Assembly (NCBI GenBank): GCA_029266315.1
Contig: JAQSXA010000010.1
Coordinates: 37,398-101,397, forward strand
DNA from: Oscillospiraceae bacterium
GTDB lineage: Bacteria > Bacillota > Clostridia > Oscillospirales > Ruminococcaceae
Reading direction: 5' to 3'
Length of the DNA: 64,000 bases
Shown here: positions 50,841 through 59,730 of the stretch, in pieces
How the letters are laid out: every line of letters begins with the position of its first letter
Numbering within the stretch: the stretch's first letter is position 1
Notes under the pieces: model-generated
What the model was told of the DNA's origin: nothing
Databases searched by the model: none
The model's input: the letters and a program-made list of their open reading frames with translations, nothing else
Translations under genes and position numbers: made by a program

Positions 50841-51747
50841 GCGTCACTTCCTCCTTTTGGGGTGAAAAGCGTTTGCTCTCCGAGATAAACAGCCCCGCCA
50901 ACGTCAGGACGGTACCGAAGGCGGCCAACCCCGTAATTTTTTCACGCAATATAAGGGCAGAAGTTACAACTGTAATCACGGGAACCGCATAGATATAAAC
51001 ACTCGTTTTAACAGCTCCCAGCATTTTCACCGCAGTGCCCCACGTTACAAAACACATCGCCGAGGCGCCCAACCCCAAAAACAGGAAATTGAACAGGTTC
51101 ACCGGCACAAGCAGTTGCGCGGCATCGGGGCTAAACTCCAAAATAAACAATGCGGGGATCATAAACAGTAGCCCATAAAAGAAAGCTCGGCGCGTCGTTT
51201 GAATGGTATTGTAGCCAAATCTGCTGATCTTTCTGGTCAGCACCGAATAGAAAGCCCATGATATCGACGCCAGTACAGCAAGCACATCCCCGACGGGGTT
51301 GAGCTTTAAGACAGCGCTACCGTTAAAGCTAATCAGAAAAATACCAGTCAGTGCAACGACAAAGCCCACGAAAAATTGTACCCGTAACTTCTCGCCATCC
51401 AGAAAAAAGTGCGCCAAAAGCGCGATAAAAAAAGGGCTTATTGTCACAACAACCCCGACGTTGGAAGCAAATGTATAGGTGAGTGCAATATTCTCCATTA
51501 AGAAATAAAGCGTCACCCCACTCAGACCCGCAGCGGCAAAATACAGCTCCTGCTTTCTCTCTGCAATTTTAAGCCGTTTAGGACAAACTATCCACAATGC
51601 CACAAAGCCTGCTAAAAATCTTAAGAATAATATTTCCACCGGCGTAAATGCCCGGAGCAATACCTTTGTTGATATAAAGGTGGTACCCCAGATAAAAACG
51701 GTGATGAGTGCTGTTAGGTGACCGGTTAACGCATCGTCTTTTTTCAT
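50833..51747 (-). CDS. DMT superfamily (EamA) transporter
   Basis: About ten TM helices arranged as two EamA-like halves. ATG 51747 follows GAGAGG. The stop overlaps the rluA-family start by 8 nt. Confidence 0.8.
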   Translation of the reverse strand: MKKDDALTGHLTALITVFIWGTTFISTKVLLRAFTPVEILFLRFLAGFVALWIVCPKRLKIAERKQELYFAAAGLSGVTLYFLMENIALTYTFASNVGVVVTISPFFIALLAHFFLDGEKLRVQFFVGFVVALTGIFLISFNGSAVLKLNPVGDVLAVLASISWAFYSVLTRKISRFGYNTIQTTRRAFFYGLLFMIPALFILEFSPDAAQLLVPVNLFNFLFLGLGASAMCFVTWGTAVKMLGAVKTSVYIYAVPVITVVTSALILREKITGLAAFGTVLTLAGLFISESKRFSPQKEEVTHE

Positions 51748-51896
51748 AAAAACCTCTCTATTTCTGTTTATTATTGTTCTACGATTCAAGAAAACCTTTT
51801 ATAGGAACTATTTAGTTCTTAAACGCTGTTGTTATTAGCACATCCATGTGCAACGTGTCGCTCATCCTGACACAGTAAAAAGCTCTCACTAAGATT

Positions 51897-52733
51897 TTAT
51901 TGAGTTTTTAACGTGACATCAGTAGTAAAAATGTTCATATATTGTCTTGGCGTCAGGCCGATAAATTTTTTAAAGAAAGTCGAAAAATGACTTTGATCGT
52001 TAAAACCTGTCTGCAAGGCAGTCTCGAGCGGCGGCACCCCCTGTGCCAGAAGCTTTTTAGCCCTATCTATGCGAATCGTCTCTAGATAGCTATAAGGCGA
52101 AATACCCTGCCACTTGGTAAAGGCACGCAGCAGCGTAAATTTGCGAAGGCCGGTTAGACGGCATAAATCACTTAATGCGATGCTCTCCATATAATGCGAC
52201 TCTAAAAATTCGCAGACCGCTTGAAGTTCAGAACACAATGCCGGTTGCTGCGCAGGTGGTTGCTGTTTAGTATAGTCCGCCAAAAGTTGTTCTAAAAGAA
52301 AATAAAACAGTTCCTCTTTTTTAAAATCGCTTGCTCCCTGCATCAGCATTTGGTGCAACTCTTTAAGTAACGGCACAAGTTCGCAGTGAAAATTGGCCTG
52401 TGGAAAAAATGTTGGCAGATAGTCTCGCCCAGTCACCTCAAATACTGCTTTGCGCATCACTTCCGGCTGAATATGAATGCTCCGATAATTGAATGATGTG
52501 TCGTCATTCTGTGCACAAGCGTGATTATCTCCGGGGTTAAACAGCACCATATCTCCCGATTCCAGCGTATACAGTCTGTTTTTGCAGGATAGTTGACGCC
52601 GTCCCTTTTCAATAAATCCAATCACATAATAGGCGTGAAAATGATTGGGAAAGGGTTGCTCAACCCCCTGAAAATACAGCGCCTCAACCTGAAGCGCCGA
52701 ATCAAACACTATCGTCCGAATTTCATGCTTCAT
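51897..52733 (-). CDS. AraC family transcriptional regulator (cupin sensor plus HTH)
   Basis: The N-terminal cupin-like region has PFPNHFHAYYVIGFI. The C-terminal AraC HTH pair reads LSDLCRLTGLRKFTLLRAFTKWQGISPYSYLETIRIDRAKKLL. Confidence 0.88.
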   Translation of the reverse strand: MKHEIRTIVFDSALQVEALYFQGVEQPFPNHFHAYYVIGFIEKGRRQLSCKNRLYTLESGDMVLFNPGDNHACAQNDDTSFNYRSIHIQPEVMRKAVFEVTGRDYLPTFFPQANFHCELVPLLKELHQMLMQGASDFKKEELFYFLLEQLLADYTKQQPPAQQPALCSELQAVCEFLESHYMESIALSDLCRLTGLRKFTLLRAFTKWQGISPYSYLETIRIDRAKKLLAQGVPPLETALQTGFNDQSHFSTFFKKFIGLTPRQYMNIFTTDVTLKTQ

Positions 52734-52916
52734 TGACTGACCGCCTTTCGAAGTTCTCTGCCACCCAGTCTATCACAAAAGCATTTGACTGTTCTTGCAA
52801 GATATTGCACCATGTTATCTGCGTTCCACAGCTGGGGCAACTTGCACCATTGCTTAAATATGTCTCAAATACAAAACTATTATAATAGTGCAGGCAAAAA
52901 AACACAAATCTATAAA

Positions 52917-52938
52917 CATTTAGGTAATCATCTAAATG
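52917..52938. promoter_or_regulatory. Operator 1: CATTTAG-N8-CTAAATG immediately upstream of the sdpR -35
   Basis: Perfect 7-bp arms. The same half-sites recur at 52972-52993. Confidence 0.6.
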
Positions 52939-52941
52939 TAC

Positions 52942-52970
52942 TTGACATTTTATATTTCTGCTGCTAGCAT
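52942..52970 (+). promoter_or_regulatory. Promoter TTGACA-17-TAGCAT for sdpR-sdpI
   Basis: Hexamers at 52942-52947 and 52965-52970. The promoter is bracketed by the two palindromic operators. Confidence 0.6.
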
Positions 52971-52971
52971 A

Positions 52972-52993
52972 CATTTAGATGATTTTCTAAATG
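52972..52993. promoter_or_regulatory. Operator 2: CATTTAG-N8-CTAAATG overlapping the predicted transcription start
   Basis: Perfect 7-bp arms that begin 2 nt after the -10 hexamer. Confidence 0.6.
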
Positions 52994-53014
52994 TTGAAAA
53001 AGGAGGTGCCTTGT

Positions 53015-53284
53015 GTGAGCTTTCAGACCACCTTTAAAGCTCTTTCAGACCCAACCCGTCGCGAAATTCTTTCGCTGCTCAAACACGGTGCCATGACCGC
53101 AGGCGAGATCGGTGCCAAATTCGAGATAACTGGTGCTTCTATCTCTCACCACCTTGCGGTGCTGCGTGACTCAGGGCTAATAACCGATGATCGGCGCGGA
53201 AAGTATATCTATTATGAGCTAAATATGACGGTTCTCGATGAGTTGCTCGGCTGGGCTGCCGATTTAAGAGGAGAGAAGCTATGA
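53015..53284 (+). CDS. sdpR: ArsR-family autorepressor SdpR-like
   Basis: TTFKALSDPTRREILSLLKHGAMTAGEIGAKFEITGASISHHLAVLRDSGLI...YIYYELN is close to the SdpR/YvbA pattern. GTG 53015 lies 8 nt after AAGGAGG and gives about 89 aa. Confidence 0.8.
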   Translation: MSFQTTFKALSDPTRREILSLLKHGAMTAGEIGAKFEITGASISHHLAVLRDSGLITDDRRGKYIYYELNMTVLDELLGWAADLRGEKL

Positions 53285-53940
53285 AAATGAAAAAATCAAT
53301 TATCATTCTTATAGGCGTGCTGTCGCTTATGCCGCTGGTGTTGACCGCCTGGTTTTACCCACGCCTGCCAGCCACCATCCCCATGCACTGGAATATTGAT
53401 GGCACTGTGCGCTACGATCCCAAGTATACCCTATGGATAATGGCCGCGTTGTCTCCTGTGCTCGCAGTACTGTTCCCTGTAATGGCAAAAATCGACCCCA
53501 GAAGACGCAATTACGAAAAATTTGGTGGATCCTACCAGGGCTTTATGGTTGTAATGCAGCTGTTCTTGCTCATGATGAACGGTATCATCATTTCAGAGGC
53601 ACTCAATCCCGGGCGCATATCCGTTTCTACCGTTGTGACAGTCGGAGTAGGATTACTGTTCGTTTTTATCGGTAATATTATGCCTAAAATAAAAAGCAAC
53701 TTTTATATGGGGGCGCGCACACCATGGACCTTGTCGGATCCCGATGTCTGGTTTAAAACCAACCGCCTGAGCGGATATCTGTTTTTTGTCAGCGGCATCA
53801 TCATGTGCGTTTGCCCGTTTATTCTGACCGAAAAGATGACATTTGCCGTTTTGATGGCGATCACTTTTATCGTCGCCATCATCCCCGCAATTATGAGTTA
53901 CTTCTGGTATCGAAAAAACCATCATGGCAATGAAGACTAA
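53281..53940 (+). CDS. sdpI: SdpI family membrane immunity / signal-transduction protein
   Basis: A DUF1648-like N-terminus has WFYPRLPATIPMHWNIDG. The SdpI motif region is KIKSNFYMGARTPWTLSDPDVWFKTNR. It has six TM helices. The ATGA overlap with sdpR suggests translational coupling. Confidence 0.8.
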   Translation: MKMKKSIIILIGVLSLMPLVLTAWFYPRLPATIPMHWNIDGTVRYDPKYTLWIMAALSPVLAVLFPVMAKIDPRRRNYEKFGGSYQGFMVVMQLFLLMMNGIIISEALNPGRISVSTVVTVGVGLLFVFIGNIMPKIKSNFYMGARTPWTLSDPDVWFKTNRLSGYLFFVSGIIMCVCPFILTEKMTFAVLMAITFIVAIIPAIMSYFWYRKNHHGNED

Positions 53941-54011
53941 CTGTTGGGAAATGTCCGGATGACGCTGCAATAAGGTGTACTGCGGCCTTATCTTGCCAAC
54001 TGACACAGGAG

Positions 54012-54692
54012 ATGTACAACATGGAAAAAGAAAAAAATAAATTTAAAAGAGTCGCCTTGTCCGAGGATTTGCCAATCTGTCAGAGCCTAGAACAGCTTCT
54101 TGCTGACGTAGAGGATGACCGATATATATGTGAAATAGCCGTGCACAACGCGACGCTACAAGATGCAGACCTCAGTGATATTTGCTTTGAAAACGTGCTT
54201 TTCTCGCACTGTAACTTTTCAGAAACCGATTTGTCTCACTGCACCTTTACCAACGTTCTGTTTGAAAACTGTGCCTTGACTAACTGCGATTTTTCTAAAA
54301 GCCGTATGCACCAGTGTGAACTTCGAAATTCACAATTTAAAGGTGCCAATTTCAGCAGCAGCCGCATGTCTCATCTGCGTATTCAAAACAGCAATTTACG
54401 ATATGCCAATTTTACCGAATCGCAGTTGGAGCAATGTGAAATTATCAGTAGTGATCTAGCTGACACCTTTTTTGCCAGCTGCACTTTTAAACAACTCACC
54501 GCGTCAGAAGCACAGTTTACCCGTGCGGAGTTTTTTCGCACACCGCTCAAGGGTATCGATTTTACTACCTGTGCGCTGGATGGCATCAGCGTATCCGAAA
54601 CTGGCAAAGAGCTATCAGGTGCTATTGTGAACATTTTTCAAGCAGCGGAGTTGGCGAGATTGTTTGGAATTATCATTAAGGAAAGCGACTGA
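54012..54692 (+). CDS. Pentapeptide-repeat protein, Qnr/MfpA-like size and C-terminus
   Basis: 226 aa. Tandem A(D/N)LXX-type pentapeptides run from about residue 50 to 200. The C-terminal LSGAIVNIFQAAELARLFGIII resembles the Qnr dimerisation tail. Confidence 0.7.
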   Translation: MYNMEKEKNKFKRVALSEDLPICQSLEQLLADVEDDRYICEIAVHNATLQDADLSDICFENVLFSHCNFSETDLSHCTFTNVLFENCALTNCDFSKSRMHQCELRNSQFKGANFSSSRMSHLRIQNSNLRYANFTESQLEQCEIISSDLADTFFASCTFKQLTASEAQFTRAEFFRTPLKGIDFTTCALDGISVSETGKELSGAIVNIFQAAELARLFGIIIKESD

Positions 54693-54703
54693 TGTTCTTA
54701 CAT

Positions 54704-54733
54704 AAAAAGCGGCGGAAATTCCGCCGCTTTTTT
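54704..54733. terminator. Bidirectional intrinsic terminator
   Basis: aaaaagcggcgg aaatt ccgccgcttttt forms a perfect stem flanked by A and T runs. It lies between convergent genes. Confidence 0.85.
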
Positions 54734-54762
54734 AATGTCTTGTATTGTGCCCTTAAAGCTTA

Positions 54763-56151
54763 CTATACCTTTTTAAGAATCTTATCACCAACATAAAGAC
54801 CATGCGCCGCTGCGTGAGAAAGGGAGCGGGTAAATCCCGCGCCGTCACCCACCGCAAAGATATTCTTACAGCCCTCCAACTCAAAATCGTTGGTTGCGGG
54901 GCGGGCCGAATAATATTTACACTCCACGCCGTAAAGCAACGTATCATAGTTGGCAGTTCCGGGCGATATTTTGTCCAGAGCATGAAGCGTTTCAATAATG
55001 TTGTCAAGCTGACGCTTGGGCATGCACAGACTGAGGTCGCCGGGTACGGCATCTAGCGTGGGACGAACAGTAGACTGACTCAAACGATGCTCATTGGTTC
55101 GCCTGCCCGCTTCAAGGTCGCCAAGACGCTGCACCAGTACGCTGCCGCCGGAGATCATGTTGGCTAACGAGGCTACAGCACGGGCATATTCAATCGGCTC
55201 GTCAAACGGCTTGGTAAAGCGGATGGTAGTCAGCAGCGCAAAATTTGAGTTCTTTGTCTTTTTAGCCTCGTCTCGGTAAGAGTGACCATTGACAGTCAGA
55301 ATGCCGCCGGTGTTTTCCATGACGACGCTGCCCCGCTCGTTAAAGCAGAACATGCGGGTGGTGTCACCGTACATCTTGGAGCGATACCAGATTTTAGGCT
55401 CATATATTTGCTGAGAAAAGTCCTGCCAGATCAGCGAGGACATTTCCACCCGCACGCCGATGTCAATCTGGTTGTTAATCAACGGCACACCGTTTTTTCG
55501 GCACCACTCAGAAAAAAAACGGCTGCCCACACGCCCAACTGCAAAAATGATATTCTCAGCCAGCAAATGGTCCACTACGCCACCGCGGCTTTTCAGGGTC
55601 AGTAGATGGTTTTCGCGGTCAACATCGGTAACCTCGGTCTCGGTGATAATGTTAATGCGGTCACGCAGCGAATCCACCAGCTTGAGCATCGTGGCAAAGT
55701 TTGAATCCGTTCCGAGGTGCTTGAGCTGCGCCTGATGCATGTGCAAATCGTTTTGCAAACAAAGCTTTTTAAGTGAATCGGACGGCATAAACCGGTCGGT
55801 TGTTGCACCAAAGCCAACCAGCACCGAGTCGGCCTGTTCAATATAATCAATGACCAGCTTCTGCGGTAAATAATCGGTCAGCCAGCCGCCATATTCGGTT
55901 GAAATCACATATTTGCCGTCGGAAAATGCACCGGCGCCCGCCAGCCCTTCCATAATTGAGCAATGGGGACAATGAACACAGGTATGTGCTCCGCCACTCA
56001 CCATAGGACAGGCACGTTTTTTCAAATCCGGCCCTTTTTCGATTAGGGTAATTTTAAGCGATGGTTTCTCCTCTATCATACGGTAGGCCGCCATTAGCCC
56101 GCCGATACCTCCGCCTATAATTGCAATGTCACAGCTTTTGTAATCAGACAC
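54763..56151 (-). CDS. FAD-dependent oxidoreductase (COG2509-type uncharacterised flavoprotein)
   Basis: The Rossmann motif is DIAIIGGGIGGLMAAY. A Cys-rich segment reads CPMVSGGAHTCVHCPHCS. There is no CxxxxC redox-disulfide motif of the dihydrolipoamide dehydrogenase type. GTG start. Confidence 0.7.
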   Translation of the reverse strand: MSDYKSCDIAIIGGGIGGLMAAYRMIEEKPSLKITLIEKGPDLKKRACPMVSGGAHTCVHCPHCSIMEGLAGAGAFSDGKYVISTEYGGWLTDYLPQKLVIDYIEQADSVLVGFGATTDRFMPSDSLKKLCLQNDLHMHQAQLKHLGTDSNFATMLKLVDSLRDRINIITETEVTDVDRENHLLTLKSRGGVVDHLLAENIIFAVGRVGSRFFSEWCRKNGVPLINNQIDIGVRVEMSSLIWQDFSQQIYEPKIWYRSKMYGDTTRMFCFNERGSVVMENTGGILTVNGHSYRDEAKKTKNSNFALLTTIRFTKPFDEPIEYARAVASLANMISGGSVLVQRLGDLEAGRRTNEHRLSQSTVRPTLDAVPGDLSLCMPKRQLDNIIETLHALDKISPGTANYDTLLYGVECKYYSARPATNDFELEGCKNIFAVGDGAGFTRSLSHAAAHGLYVGDKILKKV

Positions 56152-56341
56152 CCGGCATACAGTCCTTTCGGCAAATAATCGCCGCCGGCCGTATTAAACG
56201 TCGGCAACAGCCTTTATTGTAGCATAATATTTTGCCCACGAAAACCCAAATATCATCCACAATATAATTTATTACAGATTAAAGCTACCCCTCTACCAAA
56301 AACAGCGTTTATTAGACTTCAAGCAGAATTCTCAATTCTTT

Positions 56342-57361
56342 TTATGCCTCTATATGGAACAGCACGTCCAGTACCTCATCACGCTGTATTCCACCAAATA
56401 ACTCAGCCAACGGAAAACGATCCAGAACCGCACCAACATCCTCAATGCGGTAAGGGCAGCCCTTGAGCGCTTCTGTCAGTTTATCCAGCGGCCGAACCGA
56501 GAGAAAATCACCGAAGAAGGCAATGTCCACGATGAGGCCCTTTTCCACTGCGACCTTGGGCTCCAGGCATCCACCTTCATAGCGGCGTTTGTTCGTCAGA
56601 TTATAGTTGGGGGAGCGACCGAAATTCCATTCCCAGGTGCTATATTTGGTGCGTTCCAGTTCTGCCACTGCCGCTAGTTCATCAGAGAAAAGTTTTCCTT
56701 TTACCAGACCGCTGCCAGCCAGCGTTTCTTTCAGATACCCCCAAAAAGCAGTAAGATCCATATCATTGGGAAGAAAGTCTTTGATGTTTCCGATGCGGCT
56801 ACGTACTGACTTTGCACTTTTCGATTGAAACTTGGTGGGGTCGACATTCAGAGCGCCAGCAACCATGCCTGGATTGGCATTGAACAGCAATGTACCGTGA
56901 TGTAGGATGCGGCCCTTCATCACACGCTGAGCCGTACCGGATACTTTTCGACCACTCACCAGAATATCGTTGCGGCCAGAGGCTTCGGCATCGAGGCCGA
57001 GCCCGCGCAGCGCCTCCACAATCGGTTTTGTGAATCGCTCCATGGTCAGCTGCTCCGCATCGCCCACATCTGTAATAAAGGAATAATTCAGATTACCAAG
57101 ATCATGATACACCGCACCGCCGCCGGTTGAGCGCCGAACCACATTAATATGATGCTCTTCAACAAAAGAGCGGTTAATTTCGGCCTCCGCATTTTGGTTT
57201 TGTCCGATGACAATAGTGTTATCATTTTGCCACAGCATCAGATAATCGCCCTTGGTACGGTTGGAGAGCACATATTCCTCAAATGCCAGGTTGTAGAAGG
57301 TAGAAAGAGAGCCTGTTTCCAGATAGTTGACTACAGTATTCACGGGTTTCATTCCTTTCAT
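56342..57361 (-). CDS. lplA: Lipoate-protein ligase (LplA/LplJ type)
   Basis: NLAFEEYVL, RRSTGGGAVYHDLGNLNYSF and ...GRKVSGTAQR (lipoyl-AMP binding Lys region) are present. The C-terminal accessory domain is present. The start codon is uncertain (57361, 57352 or 57343). Confidence 0.85.
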   Translation of the reverse strand: MKGMKPVNTVVNYLETGSLSTFYNLAFEEYVLSNRTKGDYLMLWQNDNTIVIGQNQNAEAEINRSFVEEHHINVVRRSTGGGAVYHDLGNLNYSFITDVGDAEQLTMERFTKPIVEALRGLGLDAEASGRNDILVSGRKVSGTAQRVMKGRILHHGTLLFNANPGMVAGALNVDPTKFQSKSAKSVRSRIGNIKDFLPNDMDLTAFWGYLKETLAGSGLVKGKLFSDELAAVAELERTKYSTWEWNFGRSPNYNLTNKRRYEGGCLEPKVAVEKGLIVDIAFFGDFLSVRPLDKLTEALKGCPYRIEDVGAVLDRFPLAELFGGIQRDEVLDVLFHIEA

Positions 57362-57432
57362 ATATGCGGTAGTGCTGTTATTGCCGCTATATCGTGCTAA
57401 TGTTAGAGAAATGCCATTCAGAACTGAAAGAT

Positions 57433-58683
57433 TTAAACTGTAATAAGTTCAGGATGTTCAATAAGCTGTTGCATATCCTTGAAGATGCGTCCTACTTCAA
57501 GACCGTCTACCACACGGTGGTCAAAAGTCAAATAGCAGCAAAGCATATCCCGAGGTACAAAGGCGCCATCAATATAAATGGGCTTTTTGGTGGTACGGCC
57601 AAAACCCATGATCGCTACTTCGGGAAGATTGATAATGGGCGTGGACATATCGATGGGGAACATACCCACGTTGGAAACGGTAAAGGTTCCGCCGGACTGC
57701 TCGCCGTCCCGCAGTTTTTTATCCTTGGCCCGGGTGCCTAAATCTTTGATAGCCTTGCTCAGCGCGACCAGAGACAATGTATCGGCGCGCTTCACCACGG
57801 GAACCATTAGCCCCTCTTCGGTGGCTATCGCAACCGACAGGTTGACATGTTTGTGAGAGAACAATGTTTTTCCATCAAATGTAGCATTTGCAATCGGGTG
57901 CTTCACCAACATTTTGGCAACAGCCATACACAGCAGGTCATTGACCGTGATCTTGCAGCCCAAAAACTCCTGCTGATCCACCAGTTTTTGACGCAGCGCC
58001 AATAATGCCGTGACATCCATCTCACTGGTTGCCGTACATTGGGCACTCTGTTGCAGACTATTAAACAAATTGCGGGCAATGGCCTTACGGACGCCGGTCC
58101 ATGGAATTTCTGTAATCTCATCTTCTACTGTTGATACCGGTGCAGCAATTGAAGTAACTGCGGGGACAGGGGCATTCTTCTTTGCTTCCAGATAAGCCGC
58201 GACATCCTTGGCTATAATCCTTGCGCCGTCAGGACCGCCAGTGGGTAAAACATCAGCGATATTGATGCCGGCCTCTCTTGCCATTTTTTTGGCTAGTCCG
58301 GTGGCCCTTACACGACCATCGGCACGAACCATTGGGCTAGTAGTGGGTGCCGCGACAGAAGCAGCAGCGGGAACAATGCCCACTTGGGACACGCTGGCCG
58401 CGGGAGTTGCAGCCGATACAGTGCCGGTCATAGCTGCGTACTCTGCCTGACTTTCCGCCAGTTCCCCGATGGGTTCACCTACGGCGATGGTATCGCCCTC
58501 TTTGGCGATGATGTGAAGAATACCAGAGGAAAGCGCCACACACTCGATGGTGTTTTTCTCGTTCTCATATTCCATAAGGACGTCGCCCTTATTAACCGAA
58601 GCACCCTCCATTACTTTCCACTCGGAGATGGTGCCCTCCACCATGGTCAGACCCGCTTTAGGCATAACGATTTGAAAGCTCAT
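57433..58683 (-). CDS. 2-oxoacid dehydrogenase E2 (dihydrolipoamide acyltransferase)
   Basis: The N-terminal lipoyl domain has MEYENEKNTIEC. The peripheral-subunit-binding domain reads ATGLAKKMAREAGINIADV. The catalytic domain has FDHRVVDG. Confidence 0.9.
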   Translation of the reverse strand: MSFQIVMPKAGLTMVEGTISEWKVMEGASVNKGDVLMEYENEKNTIECVALSSGILHIIAKEGDTIAVGEPIGELAESQAEYAAMTGTVSAATPAASVSQVGIVPAAASVAAPTTSPMVRADGRVRATGLAKKMAREAGINIADVLPTGGPDGARIIAKDVAAYLEAKKNAPVPAVTSIAAPVSTVEDEITEIPWTGVRKAIARNLFNSLQQSAQCTATSEMDVTALLALRQKLVDQQEFLGCKITVNDLLCMAVAKMLVKHPIANATFDGKTLFSHKHVNLSVAIATEEGLMVPVVKRADTLSLVALSKAIKDLGTRAKDKKLRDGEQSGGTFTVSNVGMFPIDMSTPIINLPEVAIMGFGRTTKKPIYIDGAFVPRDMLCCYLTFDHRVVDGLEVGRIFKDMQQLIEHPELITV

Positions 58684-58707
58684 ATTGCACGTCTCCTTTC
58701 TGATCGA

Positions 58708-59688
58708 TTAGAACATGGTGCGAATAGCTTCGCAAATCCGACCAACATCAGGAATAGAGTACTTTTCCATCTGGATGTTATAAGGCATGGGAACATCCAG
58801 TGCGGCAATTCGAACGACAGGGCCGTCCAACTCATCATACAGTTCCTCCTGAAACTGGGCAGCCAATTCGGCACCGATGCCGGCAGTTTTGTTGCTTTCC
58901 TCCACCACGGCAGCCCGATGCGTCTTACGGATGGAATTATAGATGGTCTCTTTGTCTAAAGGCGCAATGGTGCGGGGGTCAATGACCTCTACATCGATAC
59001 CTTCGGCAGCAAGCTTCTCAGCTGCTTCGAGCGCACGTGGGACCATCAATCCCACAGCTACCAGCGTCACATCCTTGCCGGGACGCTTAACGTCGGCTAC
59101 GCCAATGGGAATGGTGTAGTCGCTTTCATATACATCATCGGGAATTTCCTGCTTTGACTGATACAGCAGCTTGGGCTCACAAAACAGCACTGGGTTGTCG
59201 GAGCGTATTGCGGATTTCAACAATCCCTTTGCATCATAGGCGCAGGATGGCGTGATAATCGTCAGCCCGGGGGCGTGCATAAACAAACTCTCCACCGTGT
59301 TAGAGTGTTCAGAACCGGCACCGTTGGAAGAACCGCTGGCACTGCGTATAACCAGAGGCAGCTTATACTCAGGGCCGTTCATATATCGCCACTTGGCTAC
59401 ACAGTGAAAAATCTCACTGAATGCCACGAGCGTAAAATCTGAATACATCAGTTCTGCACAGGGGCGCAGTCCGGTAAGTGCAGCACCCAAGGCAGCCCCT
59501 ACAATAGCCGTTTCGGCAATGGGGGTATTGCGGATACGCTTAGGACCAAACTCCTCCAGCATACCGTTCATGATGCCGAAAATATTGCCAAACTCCGCCA
59601 CATCCTCGCCAAAGACGACAACCTTTTTGTCTCTGCGCATCTCTTCTTTCAAAGCATCACCAATAGCCTTTGCGTATGTAACTTTCAT
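58708..59688 (-). CDS. 2-oxoacid dehydrogenase E1 beta subunit
   Basis: 326-aa transketolase-like pyrimidine-binding and C-terminal domains (VFGEDVAEFGNIFG, DPRTIAPLD). Confidence 0.9.
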   Translation of the reverse strand: MKVTYAKAIGDALKEEMRRDKKVVVFGEDVAEFGNIFGIMNGMLEEFGPKRIRNTPIAETAIVGAALGAALTGLRPCAELMYSDFTLVAFSEIFHCVAKWRYMNGPEYKLPLVIRSASGSSNGAGSEHSNTVESLFMHAPGLTIITPSCAYDAKGLLKSAIRSDNPVLFCEPKLLYQSKQEIPDDVYESDYTIPIGVADVKRPGKDVTLVAVGLMVPRALEAAEKLAAEGIDVEVIDPRTIAPLDKETIYNSIRKTHRAAVVEESNKTAGIGAELAAQFQEELYDELDGPVVRIAALDVPMPYNIQMEKYSIPDVGRICEAIRTMF

Positions 59689-59730
59689 GTTGGTGTATCC
59701 TCCTTTGTAATAATGTTTTGTGATGCAGTC

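Noticed and set aside
58384-58959. 191-aa plus-strand ORF spanning the E2/E1-beta junction
   Set aside because: It is antisense to two well-supported dehydrogenase genes and crosses their intergenic spacer.
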